Of a stretch of 64,000 bases of DNA, positions 1 to 11,111 are shown piece by piece. Under the pieces are notes generated by a model. The model worked only from the letters and a program-made list of their open reading frames with translations. It searched no databases and was not told where the DNA came from. The DNA is from an uncultured Alphaproteobacteria bacterium (GTDB lineage Bacteria; Pseudomonadota; Alphaproteobacteria; CAAGCB01; CAG-977), in contig CALDOX010000015.1 in assembly GCA_937912005.1 (NCBI GenBank), positions 180,303-244,302 of the forward strand, written 5' to 3'. Made by a program: the position numbers and the translations under genes. Each line of letters starts with the position of its first letter. Position 1 is the first letter of the stretch.

Positions 1-2220
1 CGGTCTGACTTGTTCGATATCCTGACCTTCCGGCTGATCGGCCAAAATCTGCGCCCCCAAATTGGAAGTCAGAATAATCAAAGTATTCCTAAAATCGACC
101 GTGTGCCCCTGTCCATCCGTCAGCCGGCCGTCATCCAGAACCTGCAATAAAATATTGAAGACATCGGGATGCGCTTTTTCAACTTCATCGAACAAAATCA
201 CCTGATACGGCCGACGACGGACAGCCTCGGTCAAAACGCCGCCTTCTTCATAGCCGACATATCCCGGAGGAGCGCCCAACAACCGCGCCACAGCATGCTT
301 TTCCATATATTCGGACATATCAATACGCAGCAAAGCCCGTTCGTCGTCAAACAGGAAAGAAGCCAAAGCCCGCGCCAGTTCCGTTTTTCCGACACCCGTC
401 GGCCCCAGGAATAAAAACGATCCCATCGGCCTGTTCGGATCCTGCAATCCCGACCGGGAACGGCGAACAGCGTTTGCAACGGCTTTAACCGCTTCGTCCT
501 GCCCGATCAGACGCGCTTGAATATGACTTTCCATATTCAACAGCTTTTCGCGTTCGCCCGTCAGCATTTTATCCACAGGGATTCCCGTCCAACGAGACAC
601 AACGGAAGCGATCATTTCCGTCGTCACGTTTTTGCTGGCCGACACTTGCGCGGACGCGGCAATCGCTTCCGCCTGTTTCAGGCGGCTTTCCAATTCGGGG
701 ATTTGTTTATACCGCAATTCGCCGGCGCGCTCGTATTGTCCTTCACGCAAAGCCCGATCAACTTCGATACGCGCGGCATCCAACTGTTCACGCAGTTTGG
801 AAGCGTTTGACAAAGCGTTTTTACTGGACAGCCATTCCGCCGTTTTCTGAGCGGAATCCTCTTCCAGCTCATGAATATCCTTTTCCAATTTTTCCAATCG
901 TTCGACGGAAGCCTCATCCGTTTCCTTTTTCAACGCTTCCCGCTCGATTTTAAACTGAATCAATTTACGATCGACTTCGTCCAAGGCTTCCGGTTTGGAA
1001 TCGACTTCCATACGCAGACGGGAAGCCGCTTCGTCCATCAAGTCAATCGCTTTATCCGGCAGGAAACGATCTGAAATATAGCGATTGGACAACGTTGCCG
1101 CCGATACCAAAGCGCTGTCTGAAATTTTGACGCCATGATGCAGTTCATACTTTTCTTTAATGCCGCGCAGAATGGAAATTGTGTCTTCCACAGTCGGTTC
1201 GTTAACAAAAACCGGTTGGAAACGACGGGCCAAAGCCGCGTCTTTTTCCACATATTTACGGTATTCGTCCAACGTCGTTGCGCCGACGCAATGCATTTCC
1301 CCGCGGGCCAAAGCGGGCTTGAGCAGATTAGAGGCATCCATTGACCCTTCCGAAGCGCCCGCACCGACAATCGTGTGCATTTCATCAATGAATAAAATAA
1401 CTTGCCCTTCGGCAGCTTCGATTTCCTCCAGAACGGATTTTAAACGTTCCTCAAATTCACCGCGGAATTTAGCGCCGGCAATCAGAGCTCCCATATCCAA
1501 AGCCAAAAGCCTTTTATTTTTCAAACTTTCCGGCACATCACCGTTGACGATACGCAAAGCCAACCCTTCAACTACCGCCGTTTTCCCGACGCCCGGCTCG
1601 CCGATCAGAACAGGGTTGTTTTTCGTTCTGCGGGATAAAACCTGAATTGTCCGTCGAATTTCTTCGTCACGGCCGATAACGGGATCAAGTTTTCCTTCCT
1701 GCGCCCGCGCCGTATAGTCCAAAGTATATTTTTTCAGCGCTTTGTATTTTCCTTCGGCATTGGCTGTCGTTGCTTTGCGGCCTTGGCGCAAATCTTCGAT
1801 TGCTTTGTTCAGACCGACCGCCGTCAAACCGCAATCGGTCAAAATACGATGAACTTCCGTATTCGGCACAATCAGCATAGCCAAAAGCATGCGTTCCACC
1901 GTGACATATTCGTCACCGGCTTTTTGCGCGATTTCTTCAGCCTGAGACATAATCTTGCCGAATTGCTGATTAGGATAACATTCGACGCTGTCGCCCGATA
2001 CTTTCGGCTGTTTATCGATAGCTTCCGCCGTTTCTTTTTTTGCTTTTTTCGGATCGCCGCCGACCTTTTTAATCAGTTCGGCACACATTCCTTCATTGTC
2101 GTCCAATAATACTTTTAATAAATGTTCCGGCGTTACAAATTGATTGTCATTACGTTCCGCAACGCCTTGAGCCGATTGAATAAACCCCCGACTTCTTTCT
2201 GTGAATTTATCTATATTCAT
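1..2220 (-). CDS. clpB: ATP-dependent chaperone ClpB (partial). The N-terminal ~740 aa are present; the C-terminus runs off the window start.
   Basis: Minus-strand translation from the ATG at 2218-2220 reads [41 protein letters not shown]..., a ClpB N-domain. Two AAA+ Walker A motifs follow ([15 protein letters not shown] and [18 protein letters not shown]), with a coiled-coil M-domain between them. The frame stays open to position 1. It is missing from the ORF track only because it has no in-window stop. Confidence 0.9.
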   Translation of the reverse strand, partial: MNIDKFTERSRGFIQSAQGVAERNDNQFVTPEHLLKVLLDDNEGMCAELIKKVGGDPKKAKKETAEAIDKQPKVSGDSVECYPNQQFGKIMSQAEEIAQKAGDEYVTVERMLLAMLIVPNTEVHRILTDCGLTAVGLNKAIEDLRQGRKATTANAEGKYKALKKYTLDYTARAQEGKLDPVIGRDEEIRRTIQVLSRRTKNNPVLIGEPGVGKTAVVEGLALRIVNGDVPESLKNKRLLALDMGALIAGAKFRGEFEERLKSVLEEIEAAEGQVILFIDEMHTIVGAGASEGSMDASNLLKPALARGEMHCVGATTLDEYRKYVEKDAALARRFQPVFVNEPTVEDTISILRGIKEKYELHHGVKISDSALVSAATLSNRYISDRFLPDKAIDLMDEAASRLRMEVDSKPEALDEVDRKLIQFKIEREALKKETDEASVERLEKLEKDIHELEEDSAQKTAEWLSSKNALSNASKLREQLDAARIEVDRALREGQYERAGELRYKQIPELESRLKQAEAIAASAQVSASKNVTTEMIASVVSRWTGIPVDKMLTGEREKLLNMESHIQARLIGQDEAVKAVANAVRRSRSGLQDPNRPMGSFLFLGPTGVGKTELARALASFLFDDERALLRIDMSEYMEKHAVARLLGAPPGYVGYEEGGVLTEAVRRRPYQVILFDEVEKAHPDVFNILLQVLDDGRLTDGQGHTVDFRNTLIILTSNLGAQILADQPEGQDIEQVRP

Positions 2221-2253
2221 TTTACGCCTCTATATAAAAAAATTCTCTTGTTG

Positions 2254-2282
2254 ATATAGGTTCGCCTTCTTCTTTTGACAAG
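2254..2282 (-). promoter_or_regulatory. Candidate RpoH (sigma-32)-type promoter upstream of clpB: CTTG-N18-CCTATAT on the minus strand.
   Basis: The reverse complement of 2254-2282 reads CTTGtcaaaagaagaaggcgaaCCTATAT, about 35-60 nt upstream of the clpB ATG. This matches the alphaproteobacterial sigma-32 consensus. clpB is a classic heat-shock regulon member. Confidence 0.5.
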
Positions 2283-2325
2283 AAGACTTTTCATCAAAAC
2301 AACGATTTTTTAAGCGATAAAAACG

Positions 2326-2916
2326 TTACGCTTCAGCATCAACCGCTTTTTTGGAAGGACGGCCGCGACGTTTAACAACAACAGGAATATTTCCTTCAAT
2401 CGGCTGCGGTTCTTTTTTTGCCGCGGGACGGCCGCGGTGCGTTTTCACTTCATTTTCAGCAATGACCGAAACCGGAACTGACAAATCCTTTTTAACGACT
2501 TCGGACAAATTCGGCTCTTTTTTCTCTTCCGCAACCGGTTCCGGCAAAGATATGACGACCGGATTGTTTTCATCGGATTGATCTTCCGCCTCTTCAACAT
2601 TTTCAACCGTTTCCGGCTCTGTCTGAGGCTGAGGTGCAAAACGCATTCCCTCTGCAGCTATGGCCAAAGCATTTATCCGCATATAGTGATCCGCATGCTG
2701 CAGACAGCTTTCGGCGGCGACACGATCGGACGACATCAGTTCTTTAGCGGCGGACAGATACTTTTCCATCAGCTGAAAAGCCGTTCCGCGCAGCCGCCCC
2801 GCCGGACCGATGCTGTCATAAACCGTATTGCGATTAGGGCCGTTGTTAAACCGGCGGTTATTGTTAAAATTATTATGGTTGCGTCCGCGCGAACGTCCCC
2901 GAGGATTCATGCCCAT
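2326..2916 (-). CDS. DUF4167-like protein (Arg/Asn-rich N-terminus, acidic middle, basic C-terminus). It sits in the conserved prmC-DUF4167-clpB position.
   Basis: 196-aa ORF. The N-terminus MGMNPRGRSRGRNHNNFNNNRRFNNGPNRNTVYDS is low-complexity, followed by a conserved block. Its position between prmC and clpB matches the arrangement in Rhizobiales. Confidence 0.5.
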   Translation of the reverse strand: MGMNPRGRSRGRNHNNFNNNRRFNNGPNRNTVYDSIGPAGRLRGTAFQLMEKYLSAAKELMSSDRVAAESCLQHADHYMRINALAIAAEGMRFAPQPQTEPETVENVEEAEDQSDENNPVVISLPEPVAEEKKEPNLSEVVKKDLSVPVSVIAENEVKTHRGRPAAKKEPQPIEGNIPVVVKRRGRPSKKAVDAEA

Positions 2917-3035
2917 GGAAAATACTCATCTTTGTTGAAATTAAAAACTGCCGCCGTCACTTACGGTAAAGGCTTCCTTTATCTCTGCTTAAACTACATA
3001 GCTCTTTATTATTTTTCAATCTTTTTTTACATTTT

Positions 3036-3890
3036 TCAGCAAAAAGCTGTCAAACAGCGTATAATTCCGCCCAAATCCACACCAAAAGCCCCGAAACGCA
3101 AACCGGCAGAGCAAATAATCCGGCGCACATCTTCTTCCTGTCCCTTGCCGAATTCTGCAATAAATACGCCGTTTTTTTTCAGCAGGCGAGGCAATACGGG
3201 CGCAATCTTCCGATAAGCGTCCAGTCCGTCTTCTCCGGCGAACAAAGCTTGCGCCGGATCATAATTAACAACTTCCGGAGCCAGAACCGCCCTTTCTTTT
3301 TCCGCAATATACGGCGGATTGGCAATAATCAAATCAAACGTTCCTAAACCTTTTTCCCAATCGGGATTGCTCCAGTCCGCCAAAACCGCAGAAAACCGAT
3401 CTTTTAATCCGTTTGACGCCGCATTTTCCGCCGCGATCGCCAAAGCCTGCTCCGAAGAATCCAAGCCGACGGCTTTTGCGTTGACATATTCGCACAACAA
3501 AGCTTGAGCCAAACAACCGGATCCCGTTCCCAAATCCAATATCGTTAATGTTGCGAAACGATCTCTGAAAACCTTTAAAGCTTCCTCAATCAACGTTTCG
3601 GAATCGGGACGCGGGTCAAGGACATCCCGCGTGACTTTGAAATCCAGCCGCCAAAATCCGCGGGTCTGCGTGATTTTGGAAACGGGTTCGCGTTTCAGCC
3701 GCCGTTCGGTAAAAGATTGTATCTTTTCCAGCTGGTCTGTTTCAACTTCAAAATCTGGATTAATCCTTAAAAAAACAGGCGTTTTATTGATTCCGAAAGC
3801 GATCAAAGCTCTGGCGTCCGCGCGCGCTTCGTCCAATCCCGCCTGTTCAAAGCGTTCTGCCAGTTCGGCAAGAAGATCTTTAACACGCAT
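3036..3890 (-). CDS. prmC: Release factor glutamine N5-methyltransferase PrmC (HemK).
   Basis: 284 aa with the NPPY catalytic motif (IIANPPYIAE) and a SAM-binding block (ILDLGTGSGCLA). It lies immediately downstream of prfA. Confidence 0.9.
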   Translation of the reverse strand: MRVKDLLAELAERFEQAGLDEARADARALIAFGINKTPVFLRINPDFEVETDQLEKIQSFTERRLKREPVSKITQTRGFWRLDFKVTRDVLDPRPDSETLIEEALKVFRDRFATLTILDLGTGSGCLAQALLCEYVNAKAVGLDSSEQALAIAAENAASNGLKDRFSAVLADWSNPDWEKGLGTFDLIIANPPYIAEKERAVLAPEVVNYDPAQALFAGEDGLDAYRKIAPVLPRLLKKNGVFIAEFGKGQEEDVRRIICSAGLRFGAFGVDLGGIIRCLTAFC

Positions 3891-3892
3891 TC

Positions 3893-4972
3893 TTACTCAA
3901 GCTCAGAGAGGCGGGACAGCTGATCTTCCGCAATCAACGCTTCGATAATTTCGTTCAATGCCGTCCCGTTCATTACTTCGTCTATTTTATACAGAGTCAG
4001 ATTGATACGGTGATCAGTCACGCGGCCCTGCGGGAAATTATAAGTGCGAATCCGTTCGGAACGATCGCCGGAACCGACTTGATTTTTACGATCGACGGCA
4101 CGTTCCTTGTCCAGTTGGGCTTGCTGCATATCATAAATGCGCGACCGCAAAATACGCATCGCACGATCTCTATTTTTAAACTGCGAACGTTCATCCTGAC
4201 ATGCGACAACAATGCCGGTCGGAATATGCGTGATGCGAACGGCGGATTCCGTTTTATTGACGTGCTGACCGCCGGCGCCGGAAGCGCGATACACATCGAT
4301 TTTCAAATCTTTTTCATCAATCTTCAAATCGACTTCTTCAGCTTCCGGCAAAACGGCAACCGTCGCGGCAGACGTATGCACGCGCCCCGAAGCTTCCGTT
4401 TCCGGAACACGCTGAACACGATGCACTCCGGATTCAAATTTCAGCCGTTCAAACACGTTGCGGCCGCTTATGCTGGCCGAAGCTTCCTTATAACCGCCGA
4501 TCCCCGTATCATTGACGGACAGCATTTCGAACTTCCATCCTTGAATGGCGGCATAATGTTCGTACATACGGAACAATTCAGCGGCAAATAAAGCGGCTTC
4601 CTCTCCGCCCGTTCCGGCGCGGACTTCCAAAATCGCATTCTTTTCATCAACGGCGTTTTTGGGAAGCAGCAAAATTTTAAGCTGCTTTTCCAATTCGGGC
4701 ATCTTTTCCTTGGCCGCATATATCTCGTCATGCGCCATTGACCGCATTTCGTCGTCCGTTTCCGAATCATCTAAAAGAGCTTGCGCTTCTTCCATATCCG
4801 ACAACACTTTTTTATACGACTGGATAACGACGACCACATCTTTCAAAGCCGCCAACTCTTTAGAAAGCTTAACAAACGTTTCCCCGTCCACGTTATCGCC
4901 GGAACCAAGCAAAGCCTCCAGTTCTTCATGCCGGGCCAAAACGACATCCAGTTTTTCTTCAAAACTCATACT
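3893..4972 (-). CDS. prfA: Peptide chain release factor 1.
   Basis: [20 protein letters not shown] motif and the typical RF1 length. The start was chosen at [10 protein letters not shown]..., directly abutting the hisS stop. Confidence 0.9.
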   Translation of the reverse strand, partial: SMSFEEKLDVVLARHEELEALLGSGDNVDGETFVKLSKELAALKDVVVVIQSYKKVLSDMEEAQALLDDSETDDEMRSMAHDEIYAAKEKMPELEKQLKILLLPKNAVDEKNAILEVRAGTGGEEAALFAAELFRMYEHYAAIQGWKFEMLSVNDTGIGGYKEASASISGRNVFERLKFESGVHRVQRVPETEASGRVHTSAATVAVLPEAEEVDLKIDEKDLKIDVYRASGAGGQHVNKTESAVRITHIPTGIVVACQDERSQFKNRDRAMRILRSRIYDMQQAQLDKERAVDRKNQVGSGDRSERIRTYNFPQGRVTDHRINLTLYKIDEVMNGTALNEIIEALIAEDQLSRLSELE

Positions 4973-6236
4973 AGGCTCCCTGACATTGCTTGTATTTTTG
5001 CATAAAAGCACTCAAATCCGTCAACGCGACTTCGTTTTGGTCGCCGGAATCCAAATCACGCACGGTCACAACACCTTTGGCAAATTCGTCTGATCCCATA
5101 ATCACTGCCGCGCAGGCGTTGATTTTATTGGCTTTTTTCATACGTTTTCCCATATTGCCCGAATAGGCCATATCGACAATGAAACCGTTTTGCCGCAGCG
5201 TATGCGCCGTCTGCATAATCGGCAACAGCGTATCCGCTCCGACGGGAATGACGGCGATCGGACGCGTCTCAGCCGGCTGTTTGCCGACTTCCTGCAGCAA
5301 CAAAGACAAGCGATCAATACCGGCACCGAAACCGATTCCGGGCGTCTGCGGCCCGCCCAGTTCTTCAACCAATCCGTCATAACGCCCGCCGCCCAGAACC
5401 GTACCCTGTGCGCCCAGAGAATCCGTAATAAACTCAAAAACGGTATGACGGTAATAATCCAAACCGCGCACCAAACGCGGATTGACGATAAAAGGTATTC
5501 CCATTGCGATCAGTCCGGCTTTGACTTCTTCAAAAAAAGCGCGGGAAGATTCATTTAAGTAATCCGTCATCGCCGGCGCATTTTCGACGATTTTTTTATC
5601 CCCTTCATCTTTGGAATCCAAAATGCGCAACGGATTCTTTTCCAGACGATTCAAGCTGTCTTCGGAAAGCTTGTCTTTATATTGTTCAAAATAGGCAACC
5701 AATGCTTTACGGTAAGCCGCGCGGCTTTCCGCATCGCCCAATGTGTTCAATTCCAACCGGATATAATCCTTCAGCCCCAAAGCCGATAAAAAATCCCATC
5801 CCAGGCAAAGCACTTCCACATCCGTCTGCGGCGCGGCGGAACCTAAAACTTCCAATCCGACCTGATGCAGCTGACGGTAGCGGCCTTTTTGCGGACGCTC
5901 ATAGCGGAACATCGGCCCCGCATAAAACAATTTAACCGGCAGATTTTGCTCCATGCCTTCGGAAATAAACGCGCGGACAATACCGGCCGTTCCTTCGGGA
6001 CGAAGCGTAAAGCTTTCCCCGCCGCGATCGGTAAATGTGTACATTTCTTTGGAAACGATATCCGACGTTTCACCGACGCCGCGCGCGAAAACTTCCGTCG
6101 CTTCAAAGATCGGTGTTTGAATTTCGCCGAAACCATAGCGTTTTGCCAAAGCTCTGGCCGTATTTTCAACAAATAAAAAAGCGCTCAGATCCGCTCCATA
6201 TATATCGCGCGTGCCGCGCGCCGGCTGTATTTTCAT
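4971..6236 (-). CDS. hisS: Histidine--tRNA ligase.
   Basis: 421 aa with class II aaRS motifs. The N-terminus [17 protein letters not shown] is typical of HisRS. There is a C-terminal anticodon-binding domain. Confidence 0.9.
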   Translation of the reverse strand: MKIQPARGTRDIYGADLSAFLFVENTARALAKRYGFGEIQTPIFEATEVFARGVGETSDIVSKEMYTFTDRGGESFTLRPEGTAGIVRAFISEGMEQNLPVKLFYAGPMFRYERPQKGRYRQLHQVGLEVLGSAAPQTDVEVLCLGWDFLSALGLKDYIRLELNTLGDAESRAAYRKALVAYFEQYKDKLSEDSLNRLEKNPLRILDSKDEGDKKIVENAPAMTDYLNESSRAFFEEVKAGLIAMGIPFIVNPRLVRGLDYYRHTVFEFITDSLGAQGTVLGGGRYDGLVEELGGPQTPGIGFGAGIDRLSLLLQEVGKQPAETRPIAVIPVGADTLLPIMQTAHTLRQNGFIVDMAYSGNMGKRMKKANKINACAAVIMGSDEFAKGVVTVRDLDSGDQNEVALTDLSAFMQKYKQCQGA

Positions 6237-7327
6237 TTTGCTTTCTCCGTCTTTTCGGCTGCCATTTTTTCCGCCAATTCCGCCACGATATCCGCGGCAT
6301 TTGCGGCATTAATCGGTTCTTTTTGCTCTGCGCGAACAAACAGCAGAGCCTTGCCGTTCCCGCCGCCGCATACGCCGATATCGGATTCACGAGCTTCGCC
6401 GGGACCATTTACAACGCATCCCATAACGGCGATTTTCAAAGGTTCGGAAATATGTTCCAAACGAACTTCCAATTCCTTGACAACTTTTTCAACATCAATG
6501 CCTCGGCGCGCGCATGTCGGGCAAGATACCAGACGAACGCCATGATAACGCAGCCCCAAAGTCCGCAAAATTTCAAAGCCGACTTTGATTTCTTCGGTAA
6601 CGTCCGCCGTCAAAGACACGCGTAAAGTATCGCCGATTCCATCCATCAGCAACGACCCTATTCCCAAAGCCGATTTAACCGTTCCGGCACGCAAACCGCC
6701 GGCTTCCGTCACGCCCAGATGCAGCGGATAATCGCATTGAGCCGCTAACAGACGATAAGCTTTCATCGTCATCAGGGTGTCGGAAGATTTCACCGAAATT
6801 TTGAAATTAAAAAAGTCGTTGTCCTCCAAAATCTTAGCATGTTCCAAAGCGCTTTCAACCATCGCTTCGGGACACGGTTCGCCATATTTTTCAAGCAAAT
6901 GTTTATCCAGAGAGCCGCCGTTGACGCCAATCCGCATAGAACAATTATAATCTTTTGCCGCTTTGATCACATCGCGGACACGTTCCGCAGAACCGATATT
7001 ACCCGGATTGATACGCAGACAAGCCGCGCCCGCTTCGGCTGATTCGATCGCGCGCTTATAATGGAAATGAATATCGGAAACGATCGGCACTTTAACCTGT
7101 TTAACGATTTCTTTCAGCGCCTTTGTCGATTCTTCATCGGGACAGGAAACACGAACAATATCCGCGCCGACAGCCTCCAACGACCGGATCTGCGCCACCG
7201 TCGCGGCAACGTCCGCCGTCGGCGTATTTGTCATGGATTGAACGGAAACGGGAGCACCGTCACCGACGGCAACAGATCCGACATACACGCGTCTGGAATG
7301 ACGGCGCTTAATTTCAGGCATATTCAT
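6233..7327 (-). CDS. ispG: 4-hydroxy-3-methylbut-2-enyl diphosphate synthase IspG (GcpE), MEP pathway.
   Basis: 364 aa. The N-terminus [28 protein letters not shown] and the C-terminal CPTCARRG...[11 protein letters not shown]e-S motif are diagnostic. Confidence 0.9.
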   Translation of the reverse strand: MNMPEIKRRHSRRVYVGSVAVGDGAPVSVQSMTNTPTADVAATVAQIRSLEAVGADIVRVSCPDEESTKALKEIVKQVKVPIVSDIHFHYKRAIESAEAGAACLRINPGNIGSAERVRDVIKAAKDYNCSMRIGVNGGSLDKHLLEKYGEPCPEAMVESALEHAKILEDNDFFNFKISVKSSDTLMTMKAYRLLAAQCDYPLHLGVTEAGGLRAGTVKSALGIGSLLMDGIGDTLRVSLTADVTEEIKVGFEILRTLGLRYHGVRLVSCPTCARRGIDVEKVVKELEVRLEHISEPLKIAVMGCVVNGPGEARESDIGVCGGGNGKALLFVRAEQKEPINAANAADIVAELAEKMAAEKTEKAK

Positions 7328-7334
7328 CGTTCAC

Positions 7335-8360
7335 CTATTCTATATCTTCAACAACTTTTGCGGCAAAATCGTCGGGAATCAAAGCGACATTCGAACGCAG
7401 CGCTCCTCTCGGCCCCAAAGATTGCGTCAATTTTCCGTCGCAATAAATTTCCAGCCCGCCGGCGTTCCCTGTTTTTAAAAACAGCTCTTCCGGTTTGTTT
7501 GAAGAAACCATATATTGATCTCCTCTGTTCAGCAGCCGCGAAAAAACAACCGTATCCCTGCGCGTAATTTCAATCCACACTTCTTCTTTAGCAATTAAAA
7601 TCAATCTGGGATTATAGTTTTTCTGACCGTAAATTTGCGGTTTTAAAAGCTCCGGTTCGACTTTCGGCTCAACTTTAACCGGTTCGGGTTCCCTAACAGG
7701 CGGTTCCGAAACTTCAGGTTCGCTTTCTTCTTTATATTCCGGTTTTACCGGAGGAACGGGCGGCACGACCGCCGCGGAAGGAACATCTTCCGTTTCCGCC
7801 GTCACGGAAATATTTTCTTCCTGCGGCAAAGGATAAGCCTGATCCACTATCGTAATAGAATCAACCGGCTTCACAACAACGGGCGTCGGCATTTCCTTTT
7901 CTTTGGAAGAAGACTGCCACAAACCGAAAACAATCAACAGCAAAACAAGAGAAGCAATCAATATTTTCGGCGCCGGAACAACGTTTTCCGCTTCCTCGGG
8001 AGACATAACATACAGATTGTTTTCCCGTTTTTCCTGGCTGAAAAACTCTTGTTTATAGCGTGTAATAATATCCGCCGGATTCAATCCCAAATATGAAGCA
8101 TAGCTGCGGATAAAACCGTTTGCATACGCCTCGCCGGGCAATTCTTTATAACGCCCCTCTTCCAAAGCTTCCAAATACTGATAGCGAATACATAAATAAG
8201 AAGCTATATCGCGCAGATCCTGATTTTTAGCCAAACGCGTTTTGCGCAGCAAAGCGCCGACCGTCTCTTCCTTTTTTTCCGTCGGATTCAAATTTTCCGG
8301 CTTTTCTTCGTTCTGCGTCATAGTGTCACCTTTTAATCTGTTACGCGTTTGCCCGGCCAA
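7335..8360 (-). CDS. rodZ: RodZ-like cytoskeletal protein (N-terminal HTH, TM, Pro/Glu-rich linker, C-terminal DUF4115).
   Basis: An HTH_25-like segment (LLRKTRLAKNQDLRDIASYLCIRYQYLEALEEGRYKELPG), a TM segment (ILIASLVLLLIVFGLW), a PEP/PVK-rich linker and a conserved C-terminal domain. Confidence 0.6.
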   Translation of the reverse strand: MAGQTRNRLKGDTMTQNEEKPENLNPTEKKEETVGALLRKTRLAKNQDLRDIASYLCIRYQYLEALEEGRYKELPGEAYANGFIRSYASYLGLNPADIITRYKQEFFSQEKRENNLYVMSPEEAENVVPAPKILIASLVLLLIVFGLWQSSSKEKEMPTPVVVKPVDSITIVDQAYPLPQEENISVTAETEDVPSAAVVPPVPPVKPEYKEESEPEVSEPPVREPEPVKVEPKVEPELLKPQIYGQKNYNPRLILIAKEEVWIEITRRDTVVFSRLLNRGDQYMVSSNKPEELFLKTGNAGGLEIYCDGKLTQSLGPRGALRSNVALIPDDFAAKVVEDIE

Positions 8361-9366
8361 AGCGCCTCAAAGCATCGGCCGCCTGAGAAACCAGTTCGTC
8401 AATAACCGCCTGAACCGATTTTTCTTCTTTCACAAGTCCGACGCTTTGTCCCGCCATCAGCGAACCGTTTTCGACATCGCCGTCAATTACTGCGCGGCGC
8501 AAAGCCCCGCCCCAAAAATGCTCAATTTCCAACTGGGCTTCTTTCAGTTCCAATTCGCCGCGTTGATATTTCTGAATCGTTTCCATTTGAAATTCCATAA
8601 ACCGCTTGGTTCCTTCGTTCGTAATCGCACGAACGGGAATAACGGGAAAACGAGGATCAATCTGAACGGTCGGCATGGCATCGCGCGCATTCGCACGGAT
8701 AAACGCCCTTTTAAAATTCGGATGCGCAATACATTCCGTCGTGCAGACAAAGCGGGTTCCCAGCTGACAGCCGGCCGCCCCCATTTCCAAAAAGGCCGCC
8801 ATCATTTCACCGGTTCCGATACCGCCCGCAACAAAAACGGGCACATCTTTAATATACGGAACGATTTCCTGAACAAGAATGTTTGTCGCCACCGGCCCGA
8901 TATGTCCGCCGGCTTCGGTTCCTTCCAAAATCAAAGCATCAGCGCCGGATTTAATCAATCGCTTTGCCAACACCAGAGCCGGAGCAAAACAGAGAACTTT
9001 CATTCCCTTATCTTTCAGTTTCTTGACCGCCTGAACGGAAGGAATGCCGCCGGCTAAAATCATATGGCCGACCCGGGTTTCGATACAAACGTCTATCAAT
9101 TCGTCCAGCTGCGGATGCATCGTGATCAGATTCACCCCGAAACTGTTTTTTGTCAAAGTCTTTGTTTGAACAATCTCTTCTTTCAGCAGATCGGGCGGCA
9201 TCGCTCCGCCGGCGATAACACCGAAACCGCCCGCATTAGAAATAGCCGCCACCAGATGATGTTCGGAAATCCAGGACATTGCGCCGCCCATAATCGCATA
9301 GCGCGTATTCAAAAAGGAACGGCCGGCATTCCAAAAATCATTTAAAATTTCATCGTTCGAACGCAT
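8341..9366 (-). CDS. NAD(P)H-dependent flavin oxidoreductase of the nitronate monooxygenase (NMO)/FabK family.
   Basis: 341 aa with NMO-family motifs (GGMSWISEHHLVAAISNAGGFGVI; GTEAGGHIG; VFVAGGIGTGE). Confidence 0.7.
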   Translation of the reverse strand: MRSNDEILNDFWNAGRSFLNTRYAIMGGAMSWISEHHLVAAISNAGGFGVIAGGAMPPDLLKEEIVQTKTLTKNSFGVNLITMHPQLDELIDVCIETRVGHMILAGGIPSVQAVKKLKDKGMKVLCFAPALVLAKRLIKSGADALILEGTEAGGHIGPVATNILVQEIVPYIKDVPVFVAGGIGTGEMMAAFLEMGAAGCQLGTRFVCTTECIAHPNFKRAFIRANARDAMPTVQIDPRFPVIPVRAITNEGTKRFMEFQMETIQKYQRGELELKEAQLEIEHFWGGALRRAVIDGDVENGSLMAGQSVGLVKEEKSVQAVIDELVSQAADALRRFGRANA

Positions 9367-9369
9367 GCT

Positions 9370-10596
9370 TTATTCCTTGCCTTCCAAATGAAATGCCGCA
9401 TGCAGAGCGCGCACGGCCAGCTCGGCATATTCGGCGGCGATCAGAACGCTGATCTTAATTTCCGAAGTGGAAATGGTTTGAACGTTAATGCCTTTTTCGG
9501 ACAACGCCTCAAACATTCTTTGCGCAATGCCCGTATGTGTGCGCATACCGACGCCGATCAAAGAAATTTTAACGCAGTCCGCATCGGAAATAACGGAACG
9601 ATAACCGATACTTTCTTTGTTTTTTTCAAGAACTGCCACCGCTCTGGACAAATCCGATTCATTAAGCGTAAACGTCATATCCGTATGCGTTCCGTCCGGC
9701 GAATCGCTTTGCACAATCATATCAATGCAGATGTTTGCCTGAGCCATGGCATTAAAAACGGCGGCGGAAATGCCGGGTTTGTCCTGAACGCCGACCAACG
9801 TAATTTTAGCTTCGTCACGGCTGCAAGTAATGCCGCTGATAATTTCTTTTTCCACAATATCCCCCTCATCGCAAATAGTCGTTCCGACCGGATTCTGTTC
9901 AAAACTGGAAACCACGCGCAAATTGACGCGGTATTTCATCGCCAGTTCGACCGAGCGCGTCTGCAAAACTTTCGCCCCCAAAGAAGCCATTTCCAACATT
10001 TCTTCATATGTAACGCGATCTAACTTTCTGGCGTTTTTCACAACGCGCGGATCCGTCGTATAAACACCGTCCACGTCCGTATAAATATCGCATCTGTCCG
10101 CTTCCAAGACGGCTGCCAAAGCCACCGCGGAAGTATCGGAACCGCCGCGTCCCAAAGTCGTGATGCGGCCATTATCGTTAATTCCCTGAAATCCCGCCAC
10201 GACAGGCACTATCCCCGCAGCCAGGCAAGCTTTTAATCCGTCTGTCCCGATTTGATTGATTCGAGCTTTGGAAAAAGCGTCATCCGTTAAAACAGGCACT
10301 TGCCAGCCAGTCCAGGACTGAGCCGGAATCCCTATTGCCTGCAAAGCCATCGCCAACAGGCCGATTGTCACCTGTTCGCCGGTAGAAACGACAACGTCAT
10401 ACTCTTTCAAGTCGTAATCAGGCGCAATTTCCTGGCAGTATTTAACCAACTGGTTTGTTACGCCGGACATAGCGGAAACAACAACAACAACCTGATTGCC
10501 GGCGTCTATTTCTTTTTTGACTTTCAATGCGACATTTTTAATCCTGTCCGTATCCCCTACGGACGTGCCGCCGAATTTTTGCACAACAAGTCCCAT
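9370..10596 (-). CDS. lysC: Aspartate kinase.
   Basis: 408 aa. N-terminus VVQKFGGTSVGD, an amino-acid kinase domain, plus two C-terminal ACT domains. Confidence 0.9.
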   Translation of the reverse strand: MGLVVQKFGGTSVGDTDRIKNVALKVKKEIDAGNQVVVVVSAMSGVTNQLVKYCQEIAPDYDLKEYDVVVSTGEQVTIGLLAMALQAIGIPAQSWTGWQVPVLTDDAFSKARINQIGTDGLKACLAAGIVPVVAGFQGINDNGRITTLGRGGSDTSAVALAAVLEADRCDIYTDVDGVYTTDPRVVKNARKLDRVTYEEMLEMASLGAKVLQTRSVELAMKYRVNLRVVSSFEQNPVGTTICDEGDIVEKEIISGITCSRDEAKITLVGVQDKPGISAAVFNAMAQANICIDMIVQSDSPDGTHTDMTFTLNESDLSRAVAVLEKNKESIGYRSVISDADCVKISLIGVGMRTHTGIAQRMFEALSEKGINVQTISTSEIKISVLIAAEYAELAVRALHAAFHLEGKE

Positions 10597-10748
10597 AAAA
10601 GCTCTGTTCCTCGTTTATTAATATATCAAGAATCGAGGTATTCTTACCTTAATATAAATAACAAAGCAAGAATTTGCGTAAAAATCAGGTATATTTTTTT
10701 TTCAAAATCGAGTACAAAGAAACATCTTTACAGAAAAGGAGCGATAAT

Positions 10749-11111
10749 ATGGTTGTAAAATATGAAAAAGGGGCTTCGGACATTCGTCCTTGGGGAACTT
10801 GGGAAATTTTAGACACGGGTGATCATCACACCGTCAAGCGGATTGTCGTTCATCCGGGGCAAAAATTGTCATTGCAGAGCCACAACCATCGCGACGAACA
10901 TTGGATTATCACGGAAGGAACGGCGGAAGTAACGAATGGCGACAGTCTTGTCAAAGCCGGACCGAACACACCGATTTTCATTCCCGCAAAAGCCAAACAC
11001 CGTATTGAAAACATCGGTTCGACGGACGTTGTTTTTATTGAAGTGCAGACCGGCGATTTATTGGATGAAAACGACATCATTCGCTATGAAGACATTTACG
11101 GCCGCGTTTGA
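10749..11111 (+). CDS. Cupin-domain protein (mannose-6-phosphate isomerase type II C-terminal-like).
   Basis: Two cupin motifs (GQKLSLQSHNHRDEHWIITEGTAEV and PAKAKHRIENIG). The start was chosen at MVVKYEKG, preceded by AAAGGAG. Confidence 0.6.
   Translation: MVVKYEKGASDIRPWGTWEILDTGDHHTVKRIVVHPGQKLSLQSHNHRDEHWIITEGTAEVTNGDSLVKAGPNTPIFIPAKAKHRIENIGSTDVVFIEVQTGDLLDENDIIRYEDIYGRV

Noticed and set aside
1160-1645. Plus-strand 161-aa ORF and several other small ORFs in 1-2220
   Set aside because: All are antisense or out of frame within clpB. The clpB frame is open across the whole region and has clear AAA+ motifs.
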